A DNA stretch of 64,000 nt from a virus (IMGVR_UViG_3300031784_000006); one strand, 5' to 3'. Shown: positions 33,476-43,939, counted from the first letter of the stretch. A program made the numbers and translations. Notes: a model not told the origin generated them from the letters alone.

Positions 33476-35188
33476 TTAAACCACCATACGCGAAAAACCT
33501 TTGACCTTTTCGAATCGGATGACACTTTCAAATCTGTCCTCAAGACCTGTCTTATGAGAAATAACAAAGATGTTTGCATCCTTAATCACATAACGAATAA
33601 TCTTAAGGAACTCTTCGGTTCCAAATCCATCAAGTGAACTATCAAACACCTCATCCATAATCAGAAGATTTGTATTGACTGAGTTTTTCATTCTTGCAAC
33701 TTCTCTCCAAGTAAAGAGTAGTGCAAGGTCAATTCTCATTTTTTCTCCTTCACTAAAAGAAGCATAGGAAAAATCTTCATGAATAGGTGACTGGACGGTT
33801 TCGTTAAATTCCTCATCAAGAGTAAAGTTAATATAGAAATCCATCATCTGCAAGTAACGATTAACTTGTTGATTGATGAGCGGCAAATACTTTTTAATGA
33901 TTTTGGATTTTACTCCACCGTCTTTAAGCAAACTATACGAAAAATCGTAATAGTTGATTGTGTCTTTTTTAGAAGCGAGTTCGTCGTATGTAGTTTTTAA
34001 GTTGTCTTTGAAGGATTCTAACTTCTCATGTTCAGAATTTCTGTTTGCAAGGTTCTCGGTAAGAACTTGAATTTCGTGTTCAAGATTTCGGATTTGTCTC
34101 CGTAATCCGTTAATCTTAATATTGTTTTGAGAAATGCCATTTGTTAGTTTTGAGATCTCCTTCGATAGAGAAGTGAATTGACGCTCTCGCTCTTCTTCCT
34201 CTTTAATTGCCTCCTCCAGTTCTTTATAACCAGATTGCAACTCCTTTGCTTTAGATTGAGCGTCGTTAATTCTATTTATTCTGAAGACCTCCTCAATAGA
34301 CTGGGTACAAGTAGGGCATACCGTATTCTCTGTGAAGAATTTATGCTCTTTAGTAATTGTAGATACTTTTTGAGAAATCTTACCTTTTAGGTTTCCAAGT
34401 TTACGTAGTTTATCAGCATATCCAACTAACTTATCTTGCTCTCTGATATACTCATAAAGAGGTTCCTCTAAAGAGCTATTTTCATCCATATGTTGTTGGA
34501 TTTCTTTATCTAAATCGGAAATTTTCCTATTATTATTATCAATACTTTCCTTTCCGCGATTTTCAAGTTCTTCAATAAACTCCTGCTGCATCTTGACTTT
34601 ATCAAGAAGAGATTCTTTCTTCAATTCAAGAACTTTGATTTCTTCTTTTGATTGACGAATCTTTTCTTTTATTACAATATTCATCGAAGAGAAGATTTTA
34701 ATATCAAGCAAATCTTCAATTACTTCTCGACGATGAGCAGCAGAAAGTTGCATGAAGGGAACAAAAGTACTCGAACCCAAAATTACAATTTGAGTAAAAG
34801 ACTTGTAGTTCATCTTAAGAACAGTCTGTTCAAACCACTTTTGTTGGTCCAGAGCAGCTGAAGACTGGTCTAAAGGAGTATCATTTCTCCAAATCTCAAA
34901 CAGTGCTGGTTTAATTCCTCTTACAATTTTCCAATCAGTGTTTCCAATTGAAAACTCAACTTCAACTCTACAATCCTTCTCATTTACAGAGTTGATTAGT
35001 TGTGGTTTATTAATCTTACGAAATGGTTTTCCAAATAAAGAAAATGTAAGTGCATCCAGAACAGTGCTTTTTCCAGCTCCGTTTGTACCGACGATTAGAT
35101 TAGTTTTATTTTCAGTAAAATCAACTTCCGTATATTGATTTCCAGTACTTAAGAAGTTTTTCCATCTAATAGTTTTAAATAAAATCAT
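33476..35188 (-). CDS. gp46: Recombination endonuclease SbcC/Rad50-like subunit
   Basis: GTNGAGKS, CPTC zinc hook, FSEGEK, IMDEVFD. Confidence 0.97.
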   Translation of the reverse strand: MILFKTIRWKNFLSTGNQYTEVDFTENKTNLIVGTNGAGKSTVLDALTFSLFGKPFRKINKPQLINSVNEKDCRVEVEFSIGNTDWKIVRGIKPALFEIWRNDTPLDQSSAALDQQKWFEQTVLKMNYKSFTQIVILGSSTFVPFMQLSAAHRREVIEDLLDIKIFSSMNIVIKEKIRQSKEEIKVLELKKESLLDKVKMQQEFIEELENRGKESIDNNNRKISDLDKEIQQHMDENSSLEEPLYEYIREQDKLVGYADKLRKLGNLKGKISQKVSTITKEHKFFTENTVCPTCTQSIEEVFRINRINDAQSKAKELQSGYKELEEAIKEEEERERQFTSLSKEISKLTNGISQNNIKINGLRRQIRNLEHEIQVLTENLANRNSEHEKLESFKDNLKTTYDELASKKDTINYYDFSYSLLKDGGVKSKIIKKYLPLINQQVNRYLQMMDFYINFTLDEEFNETVQSPIHEDFSYASFSEGEKMRIDLALLFTWREVARMKNSVNTNLLIMDEVFDSSLDGFGTEEFLKIIRYVIKDANIFVISHKTGLEDRFESVIRFEKVKGFSRMVV

Positions 35189-35447
35189 GTTCAGTGTTTG
35201 GAGGAATTACAATATCATCGGGAGTAATAACAGTATACTGGTATCCATGCATTTCGCAAGTTTTTACCATCACTTCATCTTCAATTTCAATTATATGCAT
35301 TTCAGGATATCCATCTTCTTCTAACATCATAGCATATCGAACAGCATCATCTTCCTCCTCAAAGAGATATAAGATATGCTCTCCCTCATCGTCTAATACA
35401 GAATATGCTCCTTCAGTCTCTCTGCCATTAATAGTTAGAATGAACAT
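35175..35447 (-). CDS. DUF3110-like protein
   Basis: EGAYS...LYLFEEEDDAVRYAMML...C..GY......IPP resembles the cyanobacterial DUF3110 family. Confidence 0.6.
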   Translation of the reverse strand: MFILTINGRETEGAYSVLDDEGEHILYLFEEEDDAVRYAMMLEEDGYPEMHIIEIEDEVMVKTCEMHGYQYTVITPDDIVIPPNTEHDFI

Positions 35448-36488
35448 TTAAACTAATTCACATGCCTCTTGATAGATTTCTTGCATCATTTTTTGAATGA
35501 TCGATTTATCAAGACTGATTTCTGCCTCCTCAATATATCTATTCAAGATAGAAATAGTATCTTCGCTTTCAAATGCTTCAAACTCTTGAGGTTCTTGAAT
35601 ATCAAAGTTCTCAATAATCTTGAGTTCTGCAATATTTGAGGCATAAAGTTTATCAATGAACTTTTCAAATTTTTTAGTATCTGACTTTTTGCGTACAACA
35701 ACTTTTACAATTTTGTTCTCATACTCACGAGTATCAAATGTTTGATAATTAGTATCCTCATAGTAAATGTTGTAAAACATCTTATAAGGATTATCGACTG
35801 GAGTATGTTCTAGTGTTTCAGTATCGAAGATAGTAAAACCACGAGTATCATTTACATCAGTCCAGTAAATCTCATATGGATTTCCTAAGTAAAAGACTGT
35901 TCCGTTAGTCGATCGAGTGTGATAGTGTCCCGAGAAGACACGCTTGAACTTCTCAAATAACTTGCTTTCCAAACCATGCTCCATGATGATTTGTCGATTA
36001 ACTCTAAATCCTTGGAGTTCAAGGTGCCCCATCGCACATGGGCAAGTTGTCTTTTGAATAAGTTTGAGAGTACTTTCCTCATTTTCTTGATTAATCCAGG
36101 GTATAAAAAGTGTTAGGAGTTTATCCAACATCACTTCAGTTGGTTCAGAATATACAGTCACGTTATCATACTCACGCAGAAGTAAATCAACTGCGTTTAC
36201 ATTATTAGTATTCTTATAATAAGCAGTATGATTTCCTACAATAGTATGGACTTTTACACCCATTTCTTGAAGACAGTCATAGTAATTATTCTTAGCCCAT
36301 GACAAAGCAGAGAAATCAATTCCTTTACGACTATCAAAAGTATCTCCCATATCTACAACAGTAGTAATCCCTTGCTCTTCGAGTGTAGGGAAAAATACGT
36401 CGTTGTAGAACTTTAAGAAATAATCATGAAAGAGTTTAGAATTCTTTCTTGCTCCAAAGTGCTGGTCAGTAATAATTGCTACTTTCAT
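35448..36488 (-). CDS. gp47: Recombination nuclease SbcD/Mre11-like subunit
   Basis: TDQHFG, GDTFD, GNH, GHYH metallophosphoesterase motifs. Confidence 0.97.
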   Translation of the reverse strand: MKVAIITDQHFGARKNSKLFHDYFLKFYNDVFFPTLEEQGITTVVDMGDTFDSRKGIDFSALSWAKNNYYDCLQEMGVKVHTIVGNHTAYYKNTNNVNAVDLLLREYDNVTVYSEPTEVMLDKLLTLFIPWINQENEESTLKLIQKTTCPCAMGHLELQGFRVNRQIIMEHGLESKLFEKFKRVFSGHYHTRSTNGTVFYLGNPYEIYWTDVNDTRGFTIFDTETLEHTPVDNPYKMFYNIYYEDTNYQTFDTREYENKIVKVVVRKKSDTKKFEKFIDKLYASNIAELKIIENFDIQEPQEFEAFESEDTISILNRYIEEAEISLDKSIIQKMMQEIYQEACELV

Positions 36489-36986
36489 TCAATACCGCAG
36501 TTTGCTGTGAACTCCGTCCTTAATGGAATTATAGTCTGAATAGTTCCCACCGTCAATGGTGTTGTCGTCTGCAAATACTTCAGAAAATCCAGAACGCTCA
36601 AGGATTTTGTTCTTGATTTCTAGTTGACGCTTTTCTCTCTGAATACGGCGAAGAAATGCGTAGTGAATGATTTGAGTAAAATAAGCAAAAGGATTTTGAG
36701 ATTTCTCCGGATTAAAGTTATGAATGTACTGAACACAGTTTTCAATGCCATCAGAAATCATATCTTCCTTAAACATATAGTTCACGAAGTTTGGTTTGAA
36801 GGAAAGGTGATTTGCAATCTTCAGGAAACACTCTCCAATGTAGCGAGGAATGGGAGGTTTTGGCTTTCCTTGGATTTCTGCAATTTCTTTATCCTCACGA
36901 TACTTAATGAGTGCAGCAAGAAACTCTTTATTGTTAACATAATGCTCTGACCTCTTTCTTTTGGTCATAACTGCTGTGGTAATCAT
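36489..36986 (-). CDS. gp55: Late transcription sigma factor
   Basis: HYVNNKEFL, IGECFLKIA, NFVNY, DGIENC, NPFAYFTQI. Confidence 0.97.
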   Translation of the reverse strand: MITTAVMTKRKRSEHYVNNKEFLAALIKYREDKEIAEIQGKPKPPIPRYIGECFLKIANHLSFKPNFVNYMFKEDMISDGIENCVQYIHNFNPEKSQNPFAYFTQIIHYAFLRRIQREKRQLEIKNKILERSGFSEVFADDNTIDGGNYSDYNSIKDGVHSKLRY

Positions 36987-37011
36987 AAGTTTTTATCATT
37001 ATTATGTATAG

Positions 37012-37040
37012 ATTATACCACTTGTGCAAATAGTTGACAA
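37012..37040 (-). promoter_or_regulatory. sigma70 promoter for gp55 (TTGTCA-17-TATAAT)
   Basis: Hexamers read directly. Confidence 0.75.
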
Positions 37041-37062
37041 GGTTCCTTAAAACATGTACAAT
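37034..37062 (+). promoter_or_regulatory. Divergent antisense sigma70 promoter (TTGACA-17-TACAAT)
   Basis: Plus strand TTGACA AGGTTCCTTAAAACATG TACAAT shares a palindromic -35 with the gp55 promoter. Confidence 0.6.
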
Positions 37063-37091
37063 AACCCTTGTCCGGGTTGATAAGATAATAC

Positions 37092-37487
37092 TTAGCTATT
37101 TTTATAAAGCTTTTCTAAGATTTCTTTAGCATCATTAACGTTAGCAATATACCCCATTCTTCGATTAATTTTTGATTGGTTCAAAGATTCTTTATTTGTC
37201 TGGCGAACATAGGATTGGTACATCATAATCATTTCAACATCAGAAGATTCTGAAAGAGTAAGTACATCTTCTAAATTAATTATAAACATATCTTCTTTAG
37301 TGGTTTTTAACCAAGGTTCTAGTTTATAACCAACAATATTTGTTCTGCTTTTTATTTCTGAAATAGTAATTGGATTGGAAATAATTAATAAAGTTCTATC
37401 TTCTTCCTCAGAAGCTGCAACTTTAGCAAATATTTCCTCTCCAGTTTTTAGTTTGATAGTAGCATAAAAATCTTCTTCAATTCCCAT
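37092..37487 (-). CDS. Hypothetical protein (Sm-like fold suspected)
   Basis: FYATIKLKTGEEIFAKV...NPI...EPW. Confidence 0.8.
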   Translation of the reverse strand: MGIEEDFYATIKLKTGEEIFAKVAASEEEDRTLLIISNPITISEIKSRTNIVGYKLEPWLKTTKEDMFIINLEDVLTLSESSDVEMIMMYQSYVRQTNKESLNQSKINRRMGYIANVNDAKEILEKLYKNS

Positions 37488-38949
37488 TTTTCTTAAGTTG
37501 TACGGTGATTATTTCATAGTTAAAATTTTCTTCATTATAAATTTTAATTCTTTCAATGAGATGATTTAAAGTATAATTTTTCTTTGAATTTGAAGTGCAA
37601 TCATCAGCAATGTCATAAAGGGTTGCTTTTACTTTATTTTTTCCCTTTCTAAGAACTCTTCCAATGCTTTGAAGATTTCTGATTCTTGATTTACTGGGTG
37701 AAGCGAAGATAACGTTATGGAGATTTTTAATATTGATGCCAGTAGAAAAAGTTCCATAAGAAGCAACAATAATTGCGTTGTTTTCTCTCTCTGTAATTTC
37801 TCTAACTAATTCTCTTTCTTCAGTATCAACTCCACCGTGAATGAAAAATACTTTTCTATCATCTCGCTTATTGCTATTTATCTTCTCATAAAGAATAGCT
37901 CCATGAGTTTCTACTCTTGAAAATAAAACAAGAGTATTCCCTTTCATATCTAAAGAAAGATTGGTTATGAATTTATTTCTTTGTTCGTGGGAAATCAGAT
38001 ATTGTATCTCATCCTCATAAGTTTCAAACTTTTGTGGAGTGTGCTTAAGAACAATACATTGGATATCAAGTTGAGAAAGATGTCCCTGCTTCATCAATTC
38101 ATCGGTTCTGGTTACTTTGTATGATGGACCAAACAATCCTTCCAAAACCCATTTGTGAGTTTGAGTTCCATCAAGAGTTCCTGTAAAACCAAATCTATAC
38201 TTTGCATGATGAAGTTTAGTCATAATTTCAATGAGCGATTTGCTCTTGAAAAGATGTGCTTCATCCCCTATAATTACTTCATACTCCTCAAAAAATGAAC
38301 GTTCAAGTTTATAAACTGATTGCCATGTAGTAATCGTTACTGAGTATTCATTTGTTTTTTCCCTACCAGAATAGATACGGTGACAATATGACTCAGCATC
38401 CCAACCATAGTCTTGGAAATCCTTGTACATCTGCTCTACAAGGGATGTCGTTGGAACAACTAGAAGAATTTTTTTCCCTTTATCTACATAATACCTTACA
38501 AGGGAATAAATCATTAAGGATTTACCTGAGGCTGTGGGTGATATCAATAATTTTCTATTATGTCGTAGAGCACCGTATACTCCCTCTATCTGATATTCCC
38601 TCGGAGAATGGGAACAAATAGATTTCATATAGTCTTTTACGCCTTCGTATGAGATGCCTTCATTAACTTCAAAAGGCATTCCATAAAACTTATTTTCTTT
38701 AAACTCATATTTGTACTTGTGGAGAGATAGTTTGTCAATAACTTTATCTAACAAACCAGCGTAAATTTCTCCCGTATGAGTACTTAACAGGCGAATCTTA
38801 CCGTCCCAATGCCTACTTCTATATTGGGACATGAATTTTGCAGATTCAACTTCAAAAGTAAAGTACGGTTGCAGTTCATATAAAATATGAGGTTCGCAAT
38901 TGAGTTTGATGCAAACCTCATTCTTCTTTTCAATAATTACGTCACTCAT
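37477..38949 (-). CDS. uvsW: SF2 helicase UvsW
   Basis: SPTASGKS, IGDEAH, TGT, QSIGRVLR. Confidence 0.97.
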   Translation of the reverse strand: MSDVIIEKKNEVCIKLNCEPHILYELQPYFTFEVESAKFMSQYRSRHWDGKIRLLSTHTGEIYAGLLDKVIDKLSLHKYKYEFKENKFYGMPFEVNEGISYEGVKDYMKSICSHSPREYQIEGVYGALRHNRKLLISPTASGKSLMIYSLVRYYVDKGKKILLVVPTTSLVEQMYKDFQDYGWDAESYCHRIYSGREKTNEYSVTITTWQSVYKLERSFFEEYEVIIGDEAHLFKSKSLIEIMTKLHHAKYRFGFTGTLDGTQTHKWVLEGLFGPSYKVTRTDELMKQGHLSQLDIQCIVLKHTPQKFETYEDEIQYLISHEQRNKFITNLSLDMKGNTLVLFSRVETHGAILYEKINSNKRDDRKVFFIHGGVDTEERELVREITERENNAIIVASYGTFSTGINIKNLHNVIFASPSKSRIRNLQSIGRVLRKGKNKVKATLYDIADDCTSNSKKNYTLNHLIERIKIYNEENFNYEIITVQLKKNGN

Positions 38950-38976
38950 AGCATCATAATTGCTATGAGTATTTAT

Positions 38977-39414
38977 TTACCCTAATCCAGACTGAAAACG
39001 CATAAACTCAATTGCATTTTTAATTTGATATGTTCTATTTTGTATCATCTTTAAAATGCTTTCAATATACGTCAACATTGTATCATAATAATCAATTTTT
39101 AAACATACTGTCGAAAGATTCTCATCCGCATCAAGATATTTTTGCATCGTATCTTTATCGCGAATCTTTTTAGGAAATGGATTTTCCGTATAAACTTCTG
39201 GGTCTGCTTTACCAGAATAATATTCGTATCTTTCGTGTCTGATATTTCTTTTTTGCTGCTCTGCTTTTTTCCTTAGGAGAAAAATAGTATTATAAAGTTC
39301 AAAGTATTTTGCGTGAAGACCTGGGATATTTGTTGATTCTGTATGAAGATTATCCATATCAATTTTAGAATCTTGTTCCCACATCTTTTGAATCATATCA
39401 AGATCAAAACTCAT
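38977..39414 (-). CDS. uvsY: Recombination mediator UvsY
   Basis: WEQDSKID...HAKY...YLDAD...RTYQIKNAIEF. Confidence 0.92.
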   Translation of the reverse strand: MSFDLDMIQKMWEQDSKIDMDNLHTESTNIPGLHAKYFELYNTIFLLRKKAEQQKRNIRHERYEYYSGKADPEVYTENPFPKKIRDKDTMQKYLDADENLSTVCLKIDYYDTMLTYIESILKMIQNRTYQIKNAIEFMRFQSGLG

Positions 39415-39959
39415 AATAAGTTTCCTTGCAAATCTGTTATATTGTAAATAGTATACTTGAAACTTACATCAGCCGTAAAGTATTGTATGTCTGTATTTGT
39501 GGCATCAAACATTATCGTTGATAATGAATATGGAAATAAATCCTGGAAAGTTACTTCAAAATTAGGAATCTGACTACTTGTTAATATTTGTAAGGTTCCG
39601 TCAGAATATATGTTTTGTCTATCTTTTACATAATTTCCTTGAATTAATCCAGATTCCTGAAGTTCTGCAAACTGTTCTAATCTTTCTGGAAATCCAAGAC
39701 CACGAATCCAATTTTGTATTTCCATGTAGTTTTTGAGGTCTTCGTCAACTAAAAACCTTATGCTTAAATCTCCAAATTCTATTGTGTCTCCTGGTGTTGG
39801 TAGCGCCTTCAGATAAGATGGTTGGTTCGCAACACCAAGATTTAACTCAGGTATGTTTGCTTGGTTGCAGAAAAATGCAACTTGTGGTGTTCTGGTCAGA
39901 GTGAATTTAAATCCTGTTGGAGATAAAAAATTTCTATTATCAATCTGAGCTCTTGTCAT
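39411..39959 (-). CDS. gp3: Tail completion protein (gp3-like)
   Basis: NFLSPTGFKF, PGDTIEF, FLVDEDLKNY..I..W, FPYSLS. Confidence 0.85.
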   Translation of the reverse strand: MTRAQIDNRNFLSPTGFKFTLTRTPQVAFFCNQANIPELNLGVANQPSYLKALPTPGDTIEFGDLSIRFLVDEDLKNYMEIQNWIRGLGFPERLEQFAELQESGLIQGNYVKDRQNIYSDGTLQILTSSQIPNFEVTFQDLFPYSLSTIMFDATNTDIQYFTADVSFKYTIYNITDLQGNLL

Positions 39960-39978
39960 CTTTTTTTAAATATTTAGA

Positions 39979-40006
39979 TAAAAAAAGAGGGTCCGAAGAC
40001 CCTCTT
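39979..40006 (-). terminator. C(UUCG)G terminator after gp23
   Basis: AAGAGGGTC TTCG GACCCTCTT TTTTT. Confidence 0.9.
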
Positions 40007-40025
40007 GAAATTTATGTGAAGCGGA

Positions 40026-41453
40026 TCACATAAGGTTCTTAACAGCAACTCTTCTGTAGTAGCGGTTGGTGTTAACGTTGAGTCTACCCTCACCTCTGCT
40101 GAGACCCTCAGCGAATGGGTTAGCAACAAGACCATAACGAGTCTTGAAGCCAATCTTGGGCTGGAAGGTGTCTTCGCCAACGGCACGCACCATCTGGAGA
40201 GGAACGTAAGGGCAATAGAACAGACCTGCATCATAAGGTGAAGAACCCTTATAACCAACAACGTAGTACTGGTTACCAGGAGTTGCATTACCTGCAGTCA
40301 GGTTTGCTGAATATGGGTCAATGTATACGCGGAACTTGCCCATCAGAGTACCAGCAAAGGTGTTGCCAGTATCATCAACGTTCAGGTTAGCGTTTAGTGC
40401 AGGGGTGTAATCAAGAACACCAGCCATGGTTAGTGCTGAAGCAACGTCAGCAGAACACATGATGATGTTGCCCTTTCCGCGACGAGTTCTTTGTGCGATT
40501 GCGTTAGCGTCGCGCTCGATTTGGAACAGAAGACCCTTGAACTTCTCAACAGACCAACGACCGTTTGAATCAACGTCGAGGTCGAATACGCCAGCGGTAG
40601 CAACGTTTTGTGCTGCACCCTTTTCAGCGGTCATGTAGATGGTACGAATAACTTCGCGGTTGATTTCAGCAAGAATCTCAGTTGAGAGAATGTTTGCTAA
40701 TTCCGCTTCAGCATTCAGACCGTGGATTGCCTTGAGGTCTTGAGCGAGCTCGAGTGAGTACTCAGCCTTCAGGGCGCGTGACTTTGCAGTAACAGTAACT
40801 TTCTCGATTGAGAAAGCCATCTGGTTGAACTGGTTACCTGCAGCATCGCCAAGTGCTTCTGAATCGCCAGTTGGCATACCTTGACCGACGTTATAATCGG
40901 TAGCAGCAACTGAAGCAGCGTTCAGAAGAGCTGGGTTACTACCAGACTGTGCGGTAGTACCAATACCAGAACCTACTTGCGAATGAGCGCCAGTAAGAGT
41001 GGTATCGAAACCTGAGTCTGTACCAGAGAATGCAGTATCTACTTCATTGAAGAAGGTTTCTGCACCACTCTGATTGGTGTAGCGGGAGCGCATTGCGAAG
41101 ATGAGTCCAGTAGGACCACTCATTGGTTGAACGCCAGCGAGGTCATAAGCGACCAGGTTAGGCATTGAACGACGAATAAGTGAGATCAGAACTGGATCGA
41201 AACCAGCAACGCTTTGGCTACCACCACTACCAAAAGCGCCGCTAGCGCCAGCGGCATTGCCACTGTTGGTTGGTGATTCCATGAGCATACTCATGGAGCC
41301 ATTGTCGAAAGCAGATTGCTCTCTAACAAATCTTTCTTGGTTTTCGAGCAGGACAGCGGTTACGGCTCTACGATGAGAATCTTTGATTGGATCAAGACCC
41401 TGATAGTCTAAGAGGGGTGCCCACTTTTCCTGCAGATGCTCGGATTGGAACAT
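40026..41453 (-). CDS. gp23: Major capsid protein
   Basis: LQEKWAPLL, GVQPMSGPTGLIFAMR, SRALKAEY, FYCPYVPL, FKTRYG. Confidence 0.99.
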   Translation of the reverse strand: MFQSEHLQEKWAPLLDYQGLDPIKDSHRRAVTAVLLENQERFVREQSAFDNGSMSMLMESPTNSGNAAGASGAFGSGGSQSVAGFDPVLISLIRRSMPNLVAYDLAGVQPMSGPTGLIFAMRSRYTNQSGAETFFNEVDTAFSGTDSGFDTTLTGAHSQVGSGIGTTAQSGSNPALLNAASVAATDYNVGQGMPTGDSEALGDAAGNQFNQMAFSIEKVTVTAKSRALKAEYSLELAQDLKAIHGLNAEAELANILSTEILAEINREVIRTIYMTAEKGAAQNVATAGVFDLDVDSNGRWSVEKFKGLLFQIERDANAIAQRTRRGKGNIIMCSADVASALTMAGVLDYTPALNANLNVDDTGNTFAGTLMGKFRVYIDPYSANLTAGNATPGNQYYVVGYKGSSPYDAGLFYCPYVPLQMVRAVGEDTFQPKIGFKTRYGLVANPFAEGLSRGEGRLNVNTNRYYRRVAVKNLM

Positions 41454-41511
41454 TTGCTTTTACCTTTTTACTAAGTGTTTGTTTTTTGGGTTTGAATTAT
41501 ATTAAATTCAA

Positions 41512-42681
41512 TTATTTGCTGAATGCTGAAAGAGTCTTCAGATATGCAGCCATTGAACCTGAAATTAATTCGGGTGCATTGTCTACACCTTCTGACAGAG
41601 ATTCAGTTTTAGCTGAAGGAGAAATTACTCTTGAAGGGAAATATGATTCCTTCAAAGTCTCCAGTTTTTCACGATATTCTTCTTCACTTTCAAACTCAAC
41701 ACTTTCGGCAAGTGAAGCGAGCTTGTCCTTCTGAGTGTCTGCAAGACCTTCAGCGACTTGATCAAAGATTCCATCAGCAACCGACTCTGCGAGACGCTTG
41801 TTAAGGGAAACGTTTTTCTCGATTTGCTCGTTGAGTTTTGTCTCCATTTCATCAAGTTTTTCTACCATGCTCTCAAGCACATCATATTTATCTTCAGGGA
41901 TTGATACATAATGTTCTTCAAAAAGACCTCTCATTCCTTGGAGGAATGATTCGGTCATCTCGGTCTTAAGACCTTGTTCGATAACGAGTGCATTTTCTTC
42001 CATCCACTCGCCAGCAACATACTCAAGGTATGCATCTACACGCTCAGAAAGTGCTTCTTTAATTTCTTCAACTTCTTCTGCAAGTGCAACTGCATACTGC
42101 TCTTCAAGTGCTTCTTGAATAGAAGCAACTTTTGAACGAAGAGCAGCCTCGAAGATGGTGCGTGCTTTCTCTTGGAATTCCTCAGAAAGCTCTTCACCTT
42201 CAAGAAGAGCATTGACATCTTCCTCAATATCAAACTCTTCTTTTACGTCCTCTTCTTCTTCGTCCTCTTCTTCTTCGTTCTCTTCTTCTTTCTTTGCCTT
42301 TTTCTTAGGTGCTTCTTCCTCTTCTTCAGCAGCCTCTTCGATTACATCTTCATCACTCTCTTCTTCAATCATATCCTCATTATCAAGTTCTTCTTCCTCT
42401 TTATGAAGACCCTTCATTGGATCAGCAGAACCTGCGCCTTTATTTACAACATCTCTAACTTGCTTGAGTGTTGCTCCAGGAGTTTTCAGTTTTGCTGAAT
42501 CATCCGTTGAACGATAGTTTGAAGGATCAGGTCCACCAAGATCTTCCCAACCTGCAGTTTGGCCGTCAGGAATACCTGTAGTTAGTTTTGACATCGGATC
42601 CGCCGCTTTAGCATTTGCATTAACAGCGGTTCTGGATGGTTTAGTGCCTACTTCCATTTCTTGTAAATCTCCACGAGACAT
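41512..42681 (-). CDS. gp22: Prohead core scaffolding protein
   Basis: Acidic coiled coil, LSEEFQEKARTIFEAA, LFEEHY; position between gp21 and gp23. Confidence 0.93.
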   Translation of the reverse strand: MSRGDLQEMEVGTKPSRTAVNANAKAADPMSKLTTGIPDGQTAGWEDLGGPDPSNYRSTDDSAKLKTPGATLKQVRDVVNKGAGSADPMKGLHKEEEELDNEDMIEEESDEDVIEEAAEEEEEAPKKKAKKEEENEEEEDEEEEDVKEEFDIEEDVNALLEGEELSEEFQEKARTIFEAALRSKVASIQEALEEQYAVALAEEVEEIKEALSERVDAYLEYVAGEWMEENALVIEQGLKTEMTESFLQGMRGLFEEHYVSIPEDKYDVLESMVEKLDEMETKLNEQIEKNVSLNKRLAESVADGIFDQVAEGLADTQKDKLASLAESVEFESEEEYREKLETLKESYFPSRVISPSAKTESLSEGVDNAPELISGSMAAYLKTLSAFSK

Positions 42682-42719
42682 TTGAACTCTCCGTTTAACC
42701 TTTAGTTATAAACTATATT

Positions 42720-42727
42720 TATTTATA
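42720..42727 (-). promoter_or_regulatory. T4 late promoter TATAAATA (gp22-gp23)
   Basis: Exact consensus. Confidence 0.85.
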
Positions 42728-42737
42728 ATTTAATAAA

Positions 42738-43388
42738 TTACAATGAGTTTAAAAACTCATTGAATAATGATAACTTATATTCTTCAAGAATACCTTGGTC
42801 TACAAGGGTATTAATTTTATTCTTAGTATTTTCTGCCATTTTTTCTCTAAGGATGCCACCATCCCAAATCCACTCCTTTCCTTCCATAATTCCCTGAACA
42901 AATGCGTCGGGAGCTGAGGGATCTGCTACAATATCAGCAGCAGTTGCAAGCATAAAGTCTTCACCAACTTCTTTATATCCCTTATTATTCTCTCTTAAAG
43001 ACCCAATACCACGAGAAGAAACGCCAAGAGTTACTCCATCTTTAAGAAGAGACTCCGCAATCTTACCCATTGGTGTGGATAAAATTTGTGCCTTTCCGAT
43101 AAAGTTATTTCCGCTGCGATAAAGTTCTGTAATTTTATGAGAAACTCTATCTAAATTAACAGTAGGTCCGTCTGGATGTCCTAGTTCGCCAAGAGCACGT
43201 CCCTTTTGAACGTATTGTTCGTTATAACGATTTACTTCACGTTCCATAATCTGCATAGGATACATTCTTCCATTGCGATTCACGCATTCTGCTTGCAAGA
43301 ATGGTCCTTTAATGTAGAGTTTTGCTTGCTTACCAGTTCCTTCGGTAATAACCTCTACTCTTTCGATTTCTTCTCTAATTAGTTTCAT
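42738..43388 (-). CDS. gp21: Prohead protease
   Basis: NRNGRMY, GELGHP, GVSSRGIGS, DIVADPSAPDA. Confidence 0.97.
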   Translation of the reverse strand: MKLIREEIERVEVITEGTGKQAKLYIKGPFLQAECVNRNGRMYPMQIMEREVNRYNEQYVQKGRALGELGHPDGPTVNLDRVSHKITELYRSGNNFIGKAQILSTPMGKIAESLLKDGVTLGVSSRGIGSLRENNKGYKEVGEDFMLATAADIVADPSAPDAFVQGIMEGKEWIWDGGILREKMAENTKNKINTLVDQGILEEYKLSLFNEFLNSL

Positions 43389-43939
43389 TAGGCATCTCCT
43401 GAAATTTGTACTTGTTGGTAATACAGAGTTCCTGCACCTACACCGTATGCAGAAACTTTATTTGAATTAATTACAGTAGCATCTGTTGAAGAGAATGCTG
43501 TGACAATTCCACTTGAATTATAATTAACAGTCATTCGTGTCTGATAGTAACCACCTACCCCAGAAGAAATATCTACAGATAAAACTTGCTGGTGTGTGAA
43601 GTTGTAATATGATTGTCCTGTTGCAGTTAGTGTAACATAATCACCAACACCAAAAGGAACTTGAGTTCCTTCTGGAACTGTAACAATTGTTGTTGTGCCG
43701 GTAGTTATGCCTACAACTTTATTTGAAGCTTTTGTTAAACCTAGAGTGGCAGATTCTCCAGATGAAACATAGTAATCTGCAGAAGTTGCTGATGGATTTC
43801 CGCCTACAGAAATATGCGCTGCACCACCGACTGCAACCACTCTCAAAACACTAGATTGTACCGAAAAGGCAGATGATGTTGTTGCAGCACCTGCAGTAAA
43901 TGTAAATGAGGAACCCGCCCCAACTGGTCTATGAGCCAT
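43388..43939 (-). CDS. Putative virion structural protein
   Basis: Ser/Thr/Gly-rich beta protein within the head module. Confidence 0.7.
   Translation of the reverse strand: MAHRPVGAGSSFTFTAGAATTSSAFSVQSSVLRVVAVGGAAHISVGGNPSATSADYYVSSGESATLGLTKASNKVVGITTGTTTIVTVPEGTQVPFGVGDYVTLTATGQSYYNFTHQQVLSVDISSGVGGYYQTRMTVNYNSSGIVTAFSSTDATVINSNKVSAYGVGAGTLYYQQVQISGDA

Noticed and set aside
42155-42498. Plus-strand poly-Ser and poly-Phe ORFs
   Set aside because: Antisense shadows of the Glu-rich region of gp22.
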